This document shows positions 37,132 to 52,560 of a stretch of 64,000 nt of DNA, in pieces. Location: NCBI RefSeq assembly GCF_031769215.1, contig NW_026781985.1:620001-684000 (forward strand). The letters are read 5' to 3'. A model generated the notes under the pieces. That model ran no database searches, was not told the origin of the DNA, and saw nothing but the letters and a program-made list of their open reading frames with translations. Source of the DNA: Ylistrum balloti. Lineage: Eukaryota. The position numbers were made by a program, and so were the translations under genes. How positions within the stretch are numbered: position 1 is the stretch's first letter; every line of letters begins with the position of its first letter.

Positions 37132-40100
37132 TTCCTTTTACTGAGTAGGTTTTAGATTTAGGTATAATTTTAATGTATTACACAAAAAGTTCAGTTTGTA
37201 AATATGATATTTAGTTAGAGTGAATAGTCCCTGATATACCAAAGTCTTTGGTTTTTTTTTGTTTTGCAGTTCTTATGTGCATACTTTATTTTGTTTGAAG
37301 AAATAAACAGGTTGAGTGTTTCACAATTTCACAATAGATTGCAATCAGCTGTCTCACATCTAGGACAAAAGCCAAGCCACTTCATATTGATCATTTTAAT
37401 GCAAATCCTATTGAAAAAAATTGTTTTCTTCTGTAATCATTTACAAGATTCTTTTCTGAAGCAATTGATTTGAAGTAAGTTTGAAAACCTACCAAATTTG
37501 CATGGTTTTTGTCACCATTTTGTTCTCCTGTCAGATGTTTCATTCTGTTCGTGTGATTTAAGATAATTTGTGTATATAATTGCTCCAGAGATAGGATACC
37601 TGGTAGTCTATCTCTAACAGGTCCCAGGTTTTTACTCACTGGTGTGAAGGTTGATACATAGTCCATGTAATCTATTGAGTAATGAGCATATGATGTTAAT
37701 GCTGTTTTACAACATATGGAAGTTTTGAAATAAAATTCTTGGCTCTGGGAAGAAATGCGCCGAAGTCTAGGCTAATACTATAAATAAAATTAAGATAACC
37801 CAATTGATGATTAAAAATCTCGAAATCATTGTACTAATGCCACTGATGTATATTTACATATATTAATCACTCATCACCGTTCATTGTAACATTAATTTTA
37901 ATTATAAATGACAGTCAGAGGCTCACACATCACATTGAGGATCAAATAGAAGTAGAATCTACATTAAATTGTTTGAGGAAATATTCACATACACATTGAA
38001 ACTTATAAATTTTGATATTTATTTAATAGATGTGTATTTTATTATATTCACAATATTAAAAAATGTTTATATTTCATCATATATATATTTATATTTCCAT
38101 TTGAATTTTATCCTGTGCATTGTGAGTGTGTATACTAGTGAGTGTCGTGTATAAGAGTCACATGGTGTAGTGTAAACCTGTTTGGCTAGGTCACCTGATT
38201 GGCTATTTTGAATTGTTGTCATTGTTTAAGTTAGTTTTGGTGCGAGTTGGGCAGTGTGTTCAGCGCGGTCGTAACGACCGGACATGTTCTTGGGTCTTGG
38301 TACTTTCAGTCATGGTAGACCTTAGAATTTAACATAAGTACCTGTTTAAAATATTAGTTTTTGATATGATAATTGATATAAGAAAAGTAATGTTTTTAAT
38401 TGGTTCAAAAGTATAATTTCTGGGATAATCGTATTTCCTTGAGTAAAAGATTTATTTTTGGACATAGCCATTGTTCTAATTTTGGCTTAATAATAACATT
38501 TCATCTTCTTCATATTTTGTAATTGAGTTTGGAAAGAAAGTGCTGTAGGAGGTCAATTTATTCCAAATAATTCTTTTACCACAGACAGAACTCATGAGAT
38601 GGGAACTATATTCTACAAGAACAACTAAAATTGTAGACCAGTCACCTATCTAGCAATCCTCCAGGGTTGTGAACAAATTTCTTTTCCAACTCCACTAATG
38701 GGATTTTGTTGTAACTTGCCTGGAATGGTCCTGAGATGATGCTTCCCAGTGATATTTAAATTTTTTGACAATCACGTTGTGTGCATGGTCTGATAGAGAC
38801 ATTCATTATTGTGACATGAAAACAATCAAGCAGCTATATACTGGATTTCTATATATTTCTCTATTTTAAGACAACATCATCACGTTGAAAATACAGGCAA
38901 GTATTCAAACTGAAATATGGATTGTTATTTATTTGAAACTGAATACATTTCTGTATATGAAAAATTATTAACCTGTCTAGTAACATGTCAAAGACGTCCG
39001 GGGTTTGGTTCACAGAATGAATGTGAACAAGTCAGGCGTCCCACCAGCCTATGTGGATTTTTCCCTGTTGGTTTCTCCCTCTTAAATACTGGCTTGCTTA
39101 CATCCGGGCTAATGAGAATGGAACATGATTGGACAATCACTAGAAAGTTTATGAGATGTATTGGTGTATTGGTGTAAAGTCTGTAAGCTGCTACACAGGA
39201 GTCTTGGAATTCTACTTCTTTGTTTGACTTATTTCTTGTAGATTTTAAAGTATACACAAAAATGTTACACTGTTTGAGAAATAAAAAGCAAACCTGTTGT
39301 GATTTAATGTAAGTAAAGCTAATGTTTGTAAATTGATCTAGCTAGATTTCCACAAATTAAAGAGTGTATGTTTGTTAATATGGTAAGATGAGGCGTACAA
39401 TTTCTAAACATATCAACACCAGTAGATCCTTTTGTAAAGTTCTTGATAAAATGACACATACACTCCTTTCTTGTGTAGAATATGCCTTTAAATATAATAG
39501 TAGGTGATAAACTTAGGAATTTCACAGTAATATCACCTAAAACACTTTAGATACCCTCATCTGCCATTAATATTTTTGCCTTGAAGGAATAACTTCCATG
39601 TACCGTAATAGTTGATCATACCTGGAGCAGATTTGTAATGAGTATCGTGACAACAATCTTGTTCAATTTGGTTATTTTAAGATATAAATTAAATTATTAT
39701 ATACAAATCATTTTTTATACATGCTAAAATTTGGTGGTAATCAGAAATTTCATATTCCAACTTAACTTGTTTGCACAAATTAACTTTCACCACTTTTATC
39801 AGAGGCAGTTAGAAAGTGGTTTTCTCAAAATGCAGTAGCAATAGGCCTGATGAATGACTGAAATAAACAACAAAACACAGATATCGACTTCCCATGCTTT
39901 TATTTTTGTTTTTGCTGTGGTACAATGAACAGAGCGGACTACACCGTTCTGATATTAAACATAAAATGATCTGGACATATGGATATAATGAGTGTACACA
40001 ATCATGCTAGGTGTTCCTCTCATGAGGATCCTAAACCTTTCTTATGATAGGGATCCCAATACACCAGAATGAAAGATAGTCAAGTTATCTCTCTGTCCAC

Positions 40101-40633
40101 AATAGTTCGGCACTCTCAGTGTTACATCATTCCTTTAGAAATTTTCTGATACAAATCCAATTTCAAACGGTCTATCTTTTCATGAACTTATTTTTTGTCC
40201 CAATATCAGTACTAGGGGAGATAACTCTACCTCAGCTAAGCACTAAGCTCTATGAAGCACCAGGCCTCACAGTGCTCTATAGCACATTGGTTGTACACAA
40301 TGGACTGTTAAACCCACACTGCTCTCTTACTTGTGTTTCCAACTACCAATGTTTTTTTTTAAACTTCTTTCTCTGAATGTCCATAAAGAAGATCGATCGC
40401 TTCATCATCGAAAACAAAATTCTATTGTTGTCAATAGAAACACTGATAAGAAAAATTCCAGGCCACCAGTACCTTTAAGTTTGACATGGTGTGAAGAACC
40501 AGTACTCTCAGTTTGTTATATGAGAGAACACACAAGTTAATGTGGACAGGGAGAGTGAGGTATGTATGCTACTTTAAAGTTAGTTATCTACATAAATTAC
40601 ATTGTATGTACACAAAATAACAGTCCCCATACT

Positions 40634-40805
40634 CTTCAGAGCTCCAGACGTACTGAGGGTCAGGAGCTCCAGACGTACTGAGGGTCAGGAGCTCCAGATG
40701 TACTGAGGGTCAGGAGCTTCAGACGTACTGAGAGGCAGGAGCTCCAGAGATACTGAGGGTCTGGAGCTCCAGATGTACTGAGAGGCAGGAGCTTCAGATA
40801 TATTG
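40634..40805. repeat. 25 bp minisatellite
   Basis: ggagctccagacgtactgagggtca. Confidence 0.85.
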
Positions 40806-41309
40806 AGAGAAATTATCAGAACAAGGCCAGGTTTCTTGGATCACAATATCATTTACTAAAATTATGAAAAGTTAAAAAATACCCCTCAGTTTAGAGTCAA
40901 AATGTAACTTTACAAAAAGTATAGATAAACACCTAAAATTAGGCCAATATCTAGATGTATTTTATCAACATTTTGGATATAGTCTATATTATCGTCCTGA
41001 GGCCTGCTTATGTGTACATACTAAATGACTTTGGACAGTTAAAACTTGAAACAAAAAACCCAACTGTGGTCATATTGCTTACAGCAGAGACCTTAATAAC
41101 AGAAAGTAGGTCTCTACTGACAGCAAAACAAAATATCTTAACAGACCCAACCTAAATCACAGTAGTTGGTGTTATGTCTCTCAGATTAACAATTAATAAT
41201 ACCAATTACAAGTCTGGTTTGGACTAGCGATAAACATGGCCAGATATAAAGAAAATTGATCTTTACCTTTTGACACAGAAGTAAAAAAATGAGAAAAAGC
41301 CTGTAATAT

Positions 41310-42385
41310 TGTACCATTTGTAGATCCTAACACTACTCTGTAAAACGTGATATTGTTGTCTGTAGATCCTAACACTGTAAAACGTGATATTGTTGTTGTC
41401 TGTAGATCCTAACACTACGCTGTAAAACCCGATATTATTGTTGTCTGTAGATCCTAACACTACTCTGTAAAACGTGATATTGTTGTCTGTAGATCCTAAC
41501 ACTAAGCTGTAAAACCCGATATTATTGTTGTCTGTAGATCCTAACACTACTCTGTAAAACGTGATATTGTTGTCTGTAGATCCTAACACTGTAAAACCTG
41601 ATATTATTGTTGTCTGTAGATCCTAACACTACGCTGTAAAACCTGATATTATTGTTGTCTGTAGATCCTAACACTAAGCTGTAAAACCCGATATTATTGT
41701 TGTCTGTAGATCCTAACACTATGCTGTAAAACCCGATATTATTGTTGTCTGTAGATCCTAACACTGTAAAACGTGATATTATTGTTGTCTTTAGATCCTA
41801 ACACTACTCTGTAAAACCTGATATTATTGTTGTCTGTAGATCCTAACACTATGCTGTAAAACCTGATATTATTGTTGTCTGTAGATCCTAACACTGTAAA
41901 ACCTGATATTATTGTTGTCTGTAGATCCTAACACTATGCTGTAAAACCCGATATTGTTGTCTTTAGATCCTAAAACTATGCGGTAAACCCCGATATTATT
42001 GTGCTGTTTATGGATCCTAACACCGTAAAACCTGATATTATTGTCATCTGTATATCCTAACACTACACTGTAAAACCCGATATTGTTGTCTTTACATCCT
42101 AAAACTATGCGGTAAACCCCGATATTATTGTGCTGTTTATGGATCCTAACACCGTAAAACCTGATATTATTGTCGTCTGTATATCCTAACACTACACTGT
42201 AAAACCCGATATTGTTGTCTTTAGATCCTAAAACTATGCTGTAAAACCTGTTATTGTTGTCTTTAGATCCTAACACTATGCTGTAAACCCGATATTATTG
42301 TGTTGTTTATGGATCCTAACACCGTAAAACCTGATATTATTGTCGTCTGTAGATCCTAACACTATACTGTAAAACCAGATTTTAC
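41310..42385. repeat. ~41-46 bp minisatellite
   Basis: ctgtagatcctaacact(acg)ctgtaaaacc(c/t)gatattattgttgt. Confidence 0.92.
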
Positions 42386-44439
42386 TATAATGTTTTCAGA
42401 TCAAAGCGCTACACTGTAAACATGATTTAGACAGTCTGTAGCCCTGAGTTAACCTGATAGAAGAGTAGTGGCTGTGTCATAGAAGTCGTACAACAAACCC
42501 CACACAAATTTGAGCGGATTTTTTTCATATAAAGTATAAAACACGAGGACAACAACCCCATAACACTGCTACACATACATCAAGTTTCTATCAGCTTCAG
42601 CTGCTCACAGTAAATCCTCAAATAATTCTCAAAGTAGAAAATCAGTACAATGTCTAACCCTCCTAATGAAAATATGAGCTGTAAGCGACTAGCTACTCAG
42701 ACCTCTATCACAGTTCCAGGATAGCTGTAATATTCATGTTAGTTGGAAAAATCTGTTGTTACAAGTTGTACTTGATCATCAACAATTTCAGTAAAAAATC
42801 AAAATGTTTAATATGATGAGAACATCTGAGCATCCTTATACAAAATTGAAGATTGTAGCAGACCAGAGAGGTTGTTGTAGTATGAGATAATGATGACTAC
42901 AAGAAGAATTCTGATGAGCCTTTCCACCTCTCGGTGTCACTGAATGTGTATATGTACACATGGTGGATGTGTTCTGACACAGAAAAGTCTTGGCTGTCAC
43001 TGTATCACAGAAAAAATGAGATCAAAACAGTGCTTGGACTAAATCAGTAGCATTTTTCATAGTTCTCAAAACGTCTTATCAAAACAATGTAAAATATCAT
43101 CATTCTACGTTCTAAATACCAGAAAATGGATTAAAAGTTAAAACAGAATCAGGTTGTGAACTTCACAGATGGGTGTGTAGCCCGAATGTCAAAGCTTCAC
43201 TCTATATTGATATATAAGATAGATAATCTTTACATGGATCAACTGATAACAACATGGCACCTAGATAATACTATGGCACTCAAACTTTATTTTGTACATT
43301 TGTTTAGGAATGTCCCTTCTCAAAGCACTTGAACAAAAGAACATTTTCTGTAATACCTCTGCATGTCATCTTAGTGACAGATGAGAAAATGACCTTAGGT
43401 CTTAACTGTGTCAGCCCAGACTTTTCTAGGTCTCATATTTACATCAATTTCCAGTTATATACATAGAATAGAACACATCTGGATACAGAACTCGGTAACC
43501 CTGGGATACATTTCTATCTTACAATGACAACAGGCGACGACACAGATCACCGACGCTTCACACAAACCATGTAGGACGACCATGAAACTGATGACAAAGC
43601 CACGATACGAAACAGCTCAGAATGATGAACCACACCAATGAGACTCCTGTCCCTAAGTTGACATGACAACACAAGGGTTCTCATGTAACCATGACGATGT
43701 ATGACGACGGGATAACTAACTACACTCATTGACTCCCTATATACAACAACACATCTTCCTAGCAGTGATGAGTAACCATCTACCAAACCCAATAAATCTA
43801 CAATACCCCCTGTATCAAAATATACGCATTGCAGCAGCCATGTGTGGCATAACGAATGTTCTCACATCTTAAAAAACCCTTTTTTTTTACACAACATTAT
43901 ACAAATAAAACAAAACGTCAACTTGATGCTATAGACATATGATGACGGTGAATGTTTGCTTACTAGACAACATAACTCATTGTCAAAATTTGGTGAAAAA
44001 AATGTATAAATAATCAATTTCTACTTAGTTGGTAATACTTGTCTTTCCTTGGACATCAATGATAATAATAATAATATATGACTTTCAACAACTGTGACAT
44101 TTATAATTAAATGAAAAATAATTCATTCATTTGAAAACATTCTAGTCCAATTCTGTGCATGATCTCATATAAAATCATTTCCATGTCATTATATTCACAT
44201 TTAAATCTATCATTCACACTCCCATATATAAAATCAATAAAAATCTTCTAACACCACTCAATATACAACTTAACATTTATTAATAGTTTTGTTGACTCAA
44301 TCACACTCATGAACCCGAAATTCAGGGCATAATAACGTCATCATATACTCACAAACTGTAACTGAGGGCAAACAAGTTTTACAGCAACACTCTTTTTAAG
44401 ACTCCCATCACAATGGAGTTAATCATTTATATTGTCCCT

Positions 44440-44635
44440 TAAAATCAACAGCACATTTGTGCAGCCCTCTGGAGTCAACAGCACAATTGTGCTACCCCCT
44501 TGAGTCAGCAACACATTGGTACTGCCCCCTAGAGTCAACAGCACATTTGCACTGCCCCCTAGAGTCAACAGCACATTGGCACTGCCCCTTAGAGTCAACA
44601 GCACACTGATGCTGCCCCCTAAACTCAACTCACTA
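44440..44635. repeat. 30 bp minisatellite
   Basis: ctgccccctagagtcaacagcacattggca variants. Confidence 0.8.
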
Positions 44636-44943
44636 GTGTTGTGTTTAAAAGCAAAGCCACATAAGTGCTGTTCCCTCAAAGTAACAGTATAAGTGATGCC
44701 CCCTAGTGATGGCAGTTTCCTAGCGTTTGACATCTCTTGCTTACACAGCCTCACTATATATAATAAATACATCATGAGCATTGCTTCAGAATTGATATAA
44801 CTTCTGATACATAAACCATTCATTTATATTAGTATTAGTACAATATCTACAGGGACAAAGGCTGAACCACCAGACCAACAACAGCAATTCTCATAACAGA
44901 TTGTTTGATCCGGTGGACAGCAATGATCACACAATATATATAT

Positions 44944-44944
<1 letters not shown>

Positions 44945-45018
<74 letters not shown>

Positions 45019-45036
45019 ATCATCATCATCATCATC
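44945..45036. repeat. (ATC)n microsatellite, ~30 units
   Basis: Direct observation. Confidence 0.95.
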
Positions 45037-45469
45037 CAAATCATGAGAACAAACACCATTAGAAAGTCTTCCTCTCCCCTATGATGATATGACTCTACAT
45101 AATAGAAGTGCCAACCAAAGCTCAGAGCTTCCCAAGTTGTAATGATTAACAACAGATACAAACATCTTCCAGAAATCAACATCAAAACATAAGTGTGTTG
45201 TAAGGTTACAAAAAATAACATTTGTAAAATTTACAAACTCACTGATACAAGTTTACAAATTAACCAGTATACAAATCATTAATTTACATGTTAACTAATG
45301 TACAAATTACAAGTTTATACGTTACCCAACATACAAAGTATTGATGTACACGTCAACCAATGTGAATGAATAAGTTTACAAGTAAACCAGCAAATAAGAA
45401 TTCAAAGTTTACACCTGCACCACAACAGTGGTCTCCTTTGAAGTAGCATTCAAAGTCTAAGTTTAAATT

Positions 45470-46265
45470 GCGAACACCAGCTGTAAGTTAACAAACTAGT
45501 CAGCAAACTACAGCTGTAAGTTAAATTCACCAGCAAACTACTGCTGAAAGTTAAATTCACCAGCAAACTACAGGTGTAAGTTAAATTCACCAGCAAACTA
45601 CAGCTGTAAGTTAGCAAATTTACCAGCAAACTACAGCTGTAAGTTAAATTCACCAGCAAACTACAGCTGTAAGTTAGCAAATTTACCAGCAAACTACAGC
45701 TGTAAGTTAAATTCACCAGCAAACTACAGCTGTAAGTTAGCAAATTTACCAGCAAACTACAGCTGTAAGTTAACAAGTTTACCACCAAAAGTACAGCTGT
45801 AAGTTAACAAGTTCACACCAAACTATAGCTGAAAGTTAACAAGTTTACCAGCAAACTATAGCGGTAAGTTAACAAGTTTACCAGTAAACTATAGCTGAAA
45901 GTTAACAAGTTTACCACCAAAAGTACAGCTGTAAGTTAACAAGTTCACACCAAACTATAGCTGAAAGTTAACAAGTTTACCAGCAAAAGTACAGCTGTAA
46001 GTTAACAAGTTCACACCAAACTATAGCTGAAAGTTAACAAGTTTACCAGCAAACTATAGCGGTAAGTTTACCAGTAAAATATAGCTGTAAGTTAACAAGT
46101 TTACCAGCAAACTATAGCAGTAAGTTAACAAGTTTACCAGCAAACTATAATGGTAAGTTAACAAGTTTACCAGCAAAATATAGCATTAAGTTAACAAGTT
46201 TACCAGTAAACTACTGCTGAAAGTTAATTTCACCAGCAAACTACAGCTTTAAGTTAACAAATTTA
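45470..46265. repeat. ~30-33 bp minisatellite
   Basis: cagctgtaagttaacaagtttaccagcaaacta. Confidence 0.92.
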
Positions 46266-46967
46266 CTAGCTGAGAACCCAACTCCCGTTAATTAGCAGGT
46301 AAACCAGCAAATGTTTCATATAGGTCTTAAAACCAACAGTGACAAGTTTATGTCCATGTGATTCTGGTACAAACGATAATAATCCTGGAGACAGCAGTGT
46401 TTTAAAAGTCTATGAAGCTATGAGTTATGGTATGGGCAAATGCAATTATGATAGATAGTTGACAAGGTAATTTCTGCCACAACGGCAGCTTCACACTGAG
46501 AACCCAAATCACCACTCTCATCATCAATTTCTACATGTTAATACAGCTATATACAGAGTTGATGAGATGGTGATGCTAAAAGTACAGTCAGCAACTTCTG
46601 CTAAAATATATAATAAAACTCCCTCTAAAACCATTAAACCTTTTCCATTCAACACATTCTCAGGGAATCTTACATACAGGATGTATTTGAAAGTTTCTAA
46701 TTAATTTCATGTCAAATATTTTAATTTGAGAACTACACTAACCCTTTAACAGTTACTGTAATAAACAATCTCTAAAACTTAATATTTTAGCAAAGTTGCG
46801 TTTTGTGCTGTTAGCTGTTCCTCCTGAAAAGGAAACATCACAGACTGTAAACAGCCTCCAGCAGTATAAGATAGTAATCCAGGATGTGGTGCCACGACCA
46901 GGATTAGCCAATAACGACCAGGGATGACGGGTGGCATTTGATGTGTGATGGAACATATAAGTCATGA

Positions 46968-46987
46968 TCACTGAGCTTGCTGGAATC
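46968..46987 (-). CDS. TIA1: TIA-1/TIAR terminal coding exon (GFQQAQ*), followed by 3' UTR
   Basis: Strong acceptor tttttatatatatttcag| at 46988; phase 1 join to donor at 57734 gives ...GYPMQQ-GFQQAQ-stop. Confidence 0.7.
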
Positions 46988-47051
46988 CTGAAATATATAT
47001 AAAAATCAGACGTAAATACAAGATATATTTGATGAACAAATTGAATACATG

Positions 47052-47293
47052 GTCAGTGTGACTGAGAACGGTAAACATGGTCAGTGTGTCTGAGAACTGT
47101 AGACATGGTCAGTGTCTGAGCACTGTAGATATGGTCAGTGTGACTGAGAACTGTAGACATGGTCAGTGTGACTGAGAACTGTAGACATGGTCAGTGTGAC
47201 TGAGAACTGTAGACATGGTCAGTGTGACTGAGAACTGTAGACATGGTCAGTGTGACTTGGTCAGTGTGACTGAGAACTGTAGACATGGTCAGC
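47052..47293. repeat. 28 bp minisatellite
   Basis: acatggtcagtgtgactgagaactgtag. Confidence 0.9.
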
Positions 47294-47599
47294 AGGTATA
47301 AATATATTACAGATTACAAGCATACTGTCTATTGCTGAAGCATTGTTTGTGTACTTCATAAGTGTCACCTTCCTGCCACAAAAAGCTATGTTACACTGTT
47401 ATGATTTATAATGATGGTGCTGTTTGGTGTTCATTTGGAAAAAAAAGGAAAGTAGACAATATCTTTTAACTGATTTCAATATCAACGTATGCAATAAGTT
47501 TGACAATCTGAAGTTTCACCACCTATGTGTAATCATTTGTAATTCAGTGTGTGAGGTTTCTCAAAATACTGTAAGGAATGAAACTGCTAAAGTGCTGAC

Positions 47600-48950
47600 A
47601 ATAATTTTTCGAAAAATAATAGGTGACCTTGACCCAACAACCTGGAATCTCAATTTGGTCCAAGATATTTTGTAGCTGAAAAACTTTATCACAGATGGAC
47701 AGACCGACAGATGGTTGTGGACTGATGGAGAGGAACACTATAGTGGAACATTAGGAGTCTAATTAGTAGAATGATATTCAATGTACAACTACAATAACCT
47801 TAGATTAGATATACAAACAAGAGATCCCAGGAGGATCTTGGTGCCCACTGATGTTTCATCTTCATTTGATCTTGGAAAGTTGGATCTTTTGCCTTTTTAA
47901 TTATTCTTTCCTCTTATTCGCTCTTAATTACATGAAAATTCCTCTCAAGAAATAGCAATAATAATCTTCACCTATCAAATATTAGATTCATCCTGTACTT
48001 CTCAAGAAATGATAATAAAAATTTTCAATGTCAAAAACCCAAGGTAGCTCCTGTCGGCCAGTTGGTTTGTTTTATTTTCTTATATAAAGTTTTCTATCCA
48101 TTGATAGTATTTAATACCAATGTAGATTTTATGATATCTGGGTGTTGAGAAGAAAGATTTTTTAATTTGAGTTGATAACACTTTTACTGCCATTGCCCAT
48201 CAGCCCTGGGGGGCAGTCAGGGACAATATGTACATAACATCAAACTGTCATCCTATACTAACAATTCTAATTAAGTTTGAACCATTTCCAAAAGAAAATA
48301 ATCAAATAATGCTAAAAAATGTTATTCTCCAATAAAAATTGTAGTAAATTTATCCATGAGGGGTAATTACCCTTGGGTAATGAAATTTAGAATTTTGGTA
48401 AAGAACATTAAAACTTTCCATCCTTAAAGAGTATTTGATTCTACCATACTTGGGTTTTGATCAAAATATTTTGGAAATTTAAATAAATTTAACCCCTTTT
48501 TGGGCCTGCCCCTCAGGATACCTTATAATTCACAAGTTTTGTTCACCTTAGGCCATGAAAATTTCTGAAAATTTTATTAAAATTTGTTGAAGGTTTCCAG
48601 AAGAAGTCAAAACTGTTAAAAAAATTATGACACACACAGCAGTGATTGATTGCAATAGGACATAACATAATTGCATAAGACATTTTGTTCAAGTGACATC
48701 AATAGTGATAAGAAAGTATTACTGTCAAAATCCTAGATGGCCGTCTGTTGGTCATGTTGTTTTTCTGATCAGTCAAAAAAAAATTGACAATGGACAACTA
48801 GGGACCACAGGAAACATGCATATACAGCTTGAAAAAAAAAAAGAGACAACAAGAATTGTTTAAGGACTGATGGATAGACGAATTACAGACCCAGGGTGAT
48901 TTGAATAGTCCCACATCTGACAATTGAGGGCTAAAATCAAATGACGCTGG
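47600..48950. mobile_element. Degenerate interspersed repeat fragments resembling non-autonomous Helentron-like bivalve repeats
   Basis: gtgaccttgacc, aacaagagatccca...ggatcttg short hairpin, gacagaccgacagatgg motifs. Similar fragments at ~49840-50150 and ~60300-60735. Recognition from memory only. Confidence 0.35.
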
Positions 48951-51164
48951 TGTAAATATTTCATGCTTTGAGACTTTTTTATATCATAAGAGGTAAGACA
49001 GCCAATGTACAAAGGTTTGCAGGGAGTTATTATGTTTTTCTAAGAAAGGAATTGGCGAGTACAACACAATACCTCTTTTAGCAACAAAATGAAAACATGA
49101 GCACTTTCAAGGACATGATGACAAGAGGTCACCAGTTACTGTATCACCTACTTTTATCTAACTCTTCTATCCACCCTTTGTTCTCCCATCATTCTGCAGC
49201 AGAAACAAAAGAAAAACAAAATAAATTAAAATCACAAATGCAACCAGCAACACAATACACAATTCATGCCTAGTTCTTATACGTTTTTTATCAGTAGTAT
49301 ACAGATTTTTGGTTATGAAGAATAATTTGGAATGAACCATTTAAAAGTTTGAATATTTCTGGAATATGTGTAAATAAGGATTTTGGTGAAGACACAAAGA
49401 ATCACTGTTGATTAGATATCAGGAAGTTGACAGGTTACTGGTGCTCTGTGGTAATTAAGAAAAGAAACTTATAATGTTTGAAAATCAAAACTCATGTATA
49501 ACTATTGAAAAGAAAAACTCAAAAGAATAAGGTGTGTTGGTGCAACATATTATGCCCTGGTGACAACATTAAGAAGTACAGAGCTTTTTGTGTGTTTGGT
49601 TTTTAAAGAGGGTACTCCCGACACATAGTGTTAGGTATTGCTGGTTCATCGATGACATTGATAAATAGCAGAGTGCCATAAAAAAAAAAAAAAAAAAACA
49701 CATCAATTTATTAAATTTCAGTTTAATATCCACACAATGACTAATTAAATCCATCAAAGTTAACTGATCTAAGAATTTCTTTTAAATTCTACAGCCTTAT
49801 CACTCTTACGAAATATGAGTAAATATATATAACAAAATATGCATAAGTCAAACAATACAAAATTTGACCTTGACCTCTGACCCAGACTCATGGTCAGTTG
49901 TCCCCATGTTTAATTCTGACCAACTCTGCTTCATAATCTTAAAGCAAATAATATCTCTTGTAAGAACACATTGAATTGTCATGGCAACCAAAACTTCAGA
50001 AAATAAAGTTCTCCTGCCAATCTACATCTGGTCCTTTATATTGATATGAACTTTTATTGGAACAGGGACACTAGTGTAGGAGGAGTTTTCTGTACAGTAT
50101 ATTTAGACAACAGACAGGAAGATTCCAGTATACTAGTTCTGGGGTGTATTAATATAAGCTGACTAGTATCTGCCCACAAAACAACTACATACACATTTTA
50201 GTATCATAGTATTATAATATCTCTAGCCATCAATTTAGAGCAGATGAGCAGAAATCAGCTGATGACAGAGAGAGGTAATGACGGACAAGGGGAGATAAAC
50301 CAGTCACAGTGGCAATACTAATACTGTTTTTGATGAAATCTGTTCAAACCATCGAAACAGTCTGTCCTACAATTTACATTTAAACAATATTATAGATGTA
50401 AGCCAACCAGTTGTTATATTTCCGATAAAATCAAAATTATCAAACATATTACACATACCATACACACTGTGTCAGTACCTGTATTTGTTGGGCTTATCAC
50501 TCTTTGAACAGTAAATCAACATATACACTCTGTTATGTAATAATATAAGTTAACATTTAAAAAAACATATATAACATACATAGGAATATCTTGTGTGAAG
50601 CAATATACACCATATTGTACTCTAATGATTAAAGATATGGAGATAAAACAGGAAATTGTCCAACCAAAATGCCACTGATAAAACACAATTTCATGTGTTT
50701 GTAATAAAGTCTACTAGTTTGAACATAATTTGAGAACTGAATGAGAAGAACATCTCTCTAGATAACAAGGAACCACTAACTCAAATATATATTCTAAGGA
50801 GTCATAATGACATATTAGTGCCTAATGTATTGATGATCAATAAGGCCAAGTTATAAGAGATTGGTGAGAAACTGAAAGAGGAGATATCTGGACAAGACAA
50901 AAAAAATACACAATAACAAACAAAACAAAAAAATGTGGAATAAAATTATATAAGTTCATATGGTTACAAAACCTGTATTTCAAATAAATTAATTGAAAAC
51001 TGAAAGAGGAGATCTCTGGACAAGATGAAGATTATAACACAGGCAAGAATGTTATATTTGCGTATCCCTATATAACATAATTGACAGTTTTATGGATAAA
51101 AAAACAATTTCTGCATACATAAGAAGTTAGCGCATAATTATATAGTGTTATGGGTGTAACAATT

Positions 51165-52560
51165 ATACACATCTGTAAAGTGTTATGGGTGTATTGTTTA
51201 GCACACCTGTAAAGTGTTATGAGTGTAGAGTTTCACACACCAGTAAAGAGTTATGAATGTTCAATTTCACACACCAGTATAGTGTTATGAGTGTAAAGTT
51301 TTACACACCAGTAAAGAGTTATGAATGTTCAATTTGTATATACCTGTAAAGAGTTATGAATGTTCAATTTCACACACCTGTATAGTGTTATTAGTGTAAA
51401 GTTTTACACACCAGTAAAGTGTTATGAATGTTCAATTTTTCCACACCTGTATAGTGTTATTAGTGTAAAGTTTTACACACCAGTAAAGAGTTATGAATGT
51501 TCAATTTCACACACCTGTATAGTGTTATGAGTGTAAAGTTTTACACACCAGTAAAGAGTTATGAATGTTCAATTTGTATATACCTGTAAAGAGTTATGAA
51601 TGTTCAATTTTTCCACACCTGTATAGTGTTATTAGTGTAAAGTTTTACACACCAGTAAAGTGTTATGAATGTTCAATTTTTCCACACCTGTATAGTGTTA
51701 TTAGTGTAAAGTTTTACACACCAGTAAAGTGTTATGAATGTTCAATTTTTCCACACCTGTATAGTGTTATTAGTGTAAAGTTTTACACACCAGTAAAGAG
51801 TTATGAATGTTCAATTTCACACACCTGTATAGTGTTATGAGTGTAAAGTTTTACACACCAGTAAAGAGTTATGAATGTTCAATTTTTCCACACCTGTATA
51901 GTGTTATTAGTGTAAAGTTTTACACACCAGTAAAGTGTTATGAATGTTCAATTTTTCCACACCTGTATAGTGTTATTAGTGTAAAGTTTTAAACACCAGT
52001 AAAGTGTTATGAATGTTCAATTTCACACACCTGTATAGTGTTATGAGTGTAAAGTTTTACACACCAGTAAAGAGTTATGAATGTTCAATTTGTATATACC
52101 TGTAAAGAGTTATGAATGTTCAATTTCACACACCTGTATAGTGTTATTAGTGTAAAGTTTTACACACCAGTAAAGTGTTATGAATGTTCAATTTTTCCAC
52201 ACCTGTATAGTGTTATTAGTGTAAAGTTTTAAACACCAGTAAAGTGTTATGAATGTTCAATTTCACACACCTGTATAGTGTTATGAGTGTAAAGTTTTAC
52301 ACACCAGTAAAGAGTTATGAATGTTCAATTTGTATATACCTGTAAAGTGTTATGAATGTTCAATTTTTACACACCTGTATAGTGTTATTAGTGTAAAGTT
52401 TTACATACCTGTAAAGAGTTATGAATGTTAAATTTTTACACACCTGTATAGTGTTATTAGTGTAAAGTTTTACATACCTGTAAAGAGTTATGAATGTTCA
52501 ATTTTTACTCACCAGTAGAGTTATGAGTGTTTAATTTCACACACCTATACATTGTTATTA
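51165..52560. repeat. Minisatellite with ~37 bp subunits forming a ~74-75 bp higher-order unit
   Basis: gtaaagttttacacaccagtaaagagttatgaatgttcaattt..cacacctgtatagtgttatta. Confidence 0.92.

Noticed and set aside
37391-39257. Short ORFs and decayed coding-like segments downstream of the protease gene
   Set aside because: No consistent splice phases or recognisable motifs.
43588-43627. CTGATGA...GAAACAGCTC second hammerhead-like string
   Set aside because: The stem II region cannot pair, stem III is mismatched and there is no UH site.
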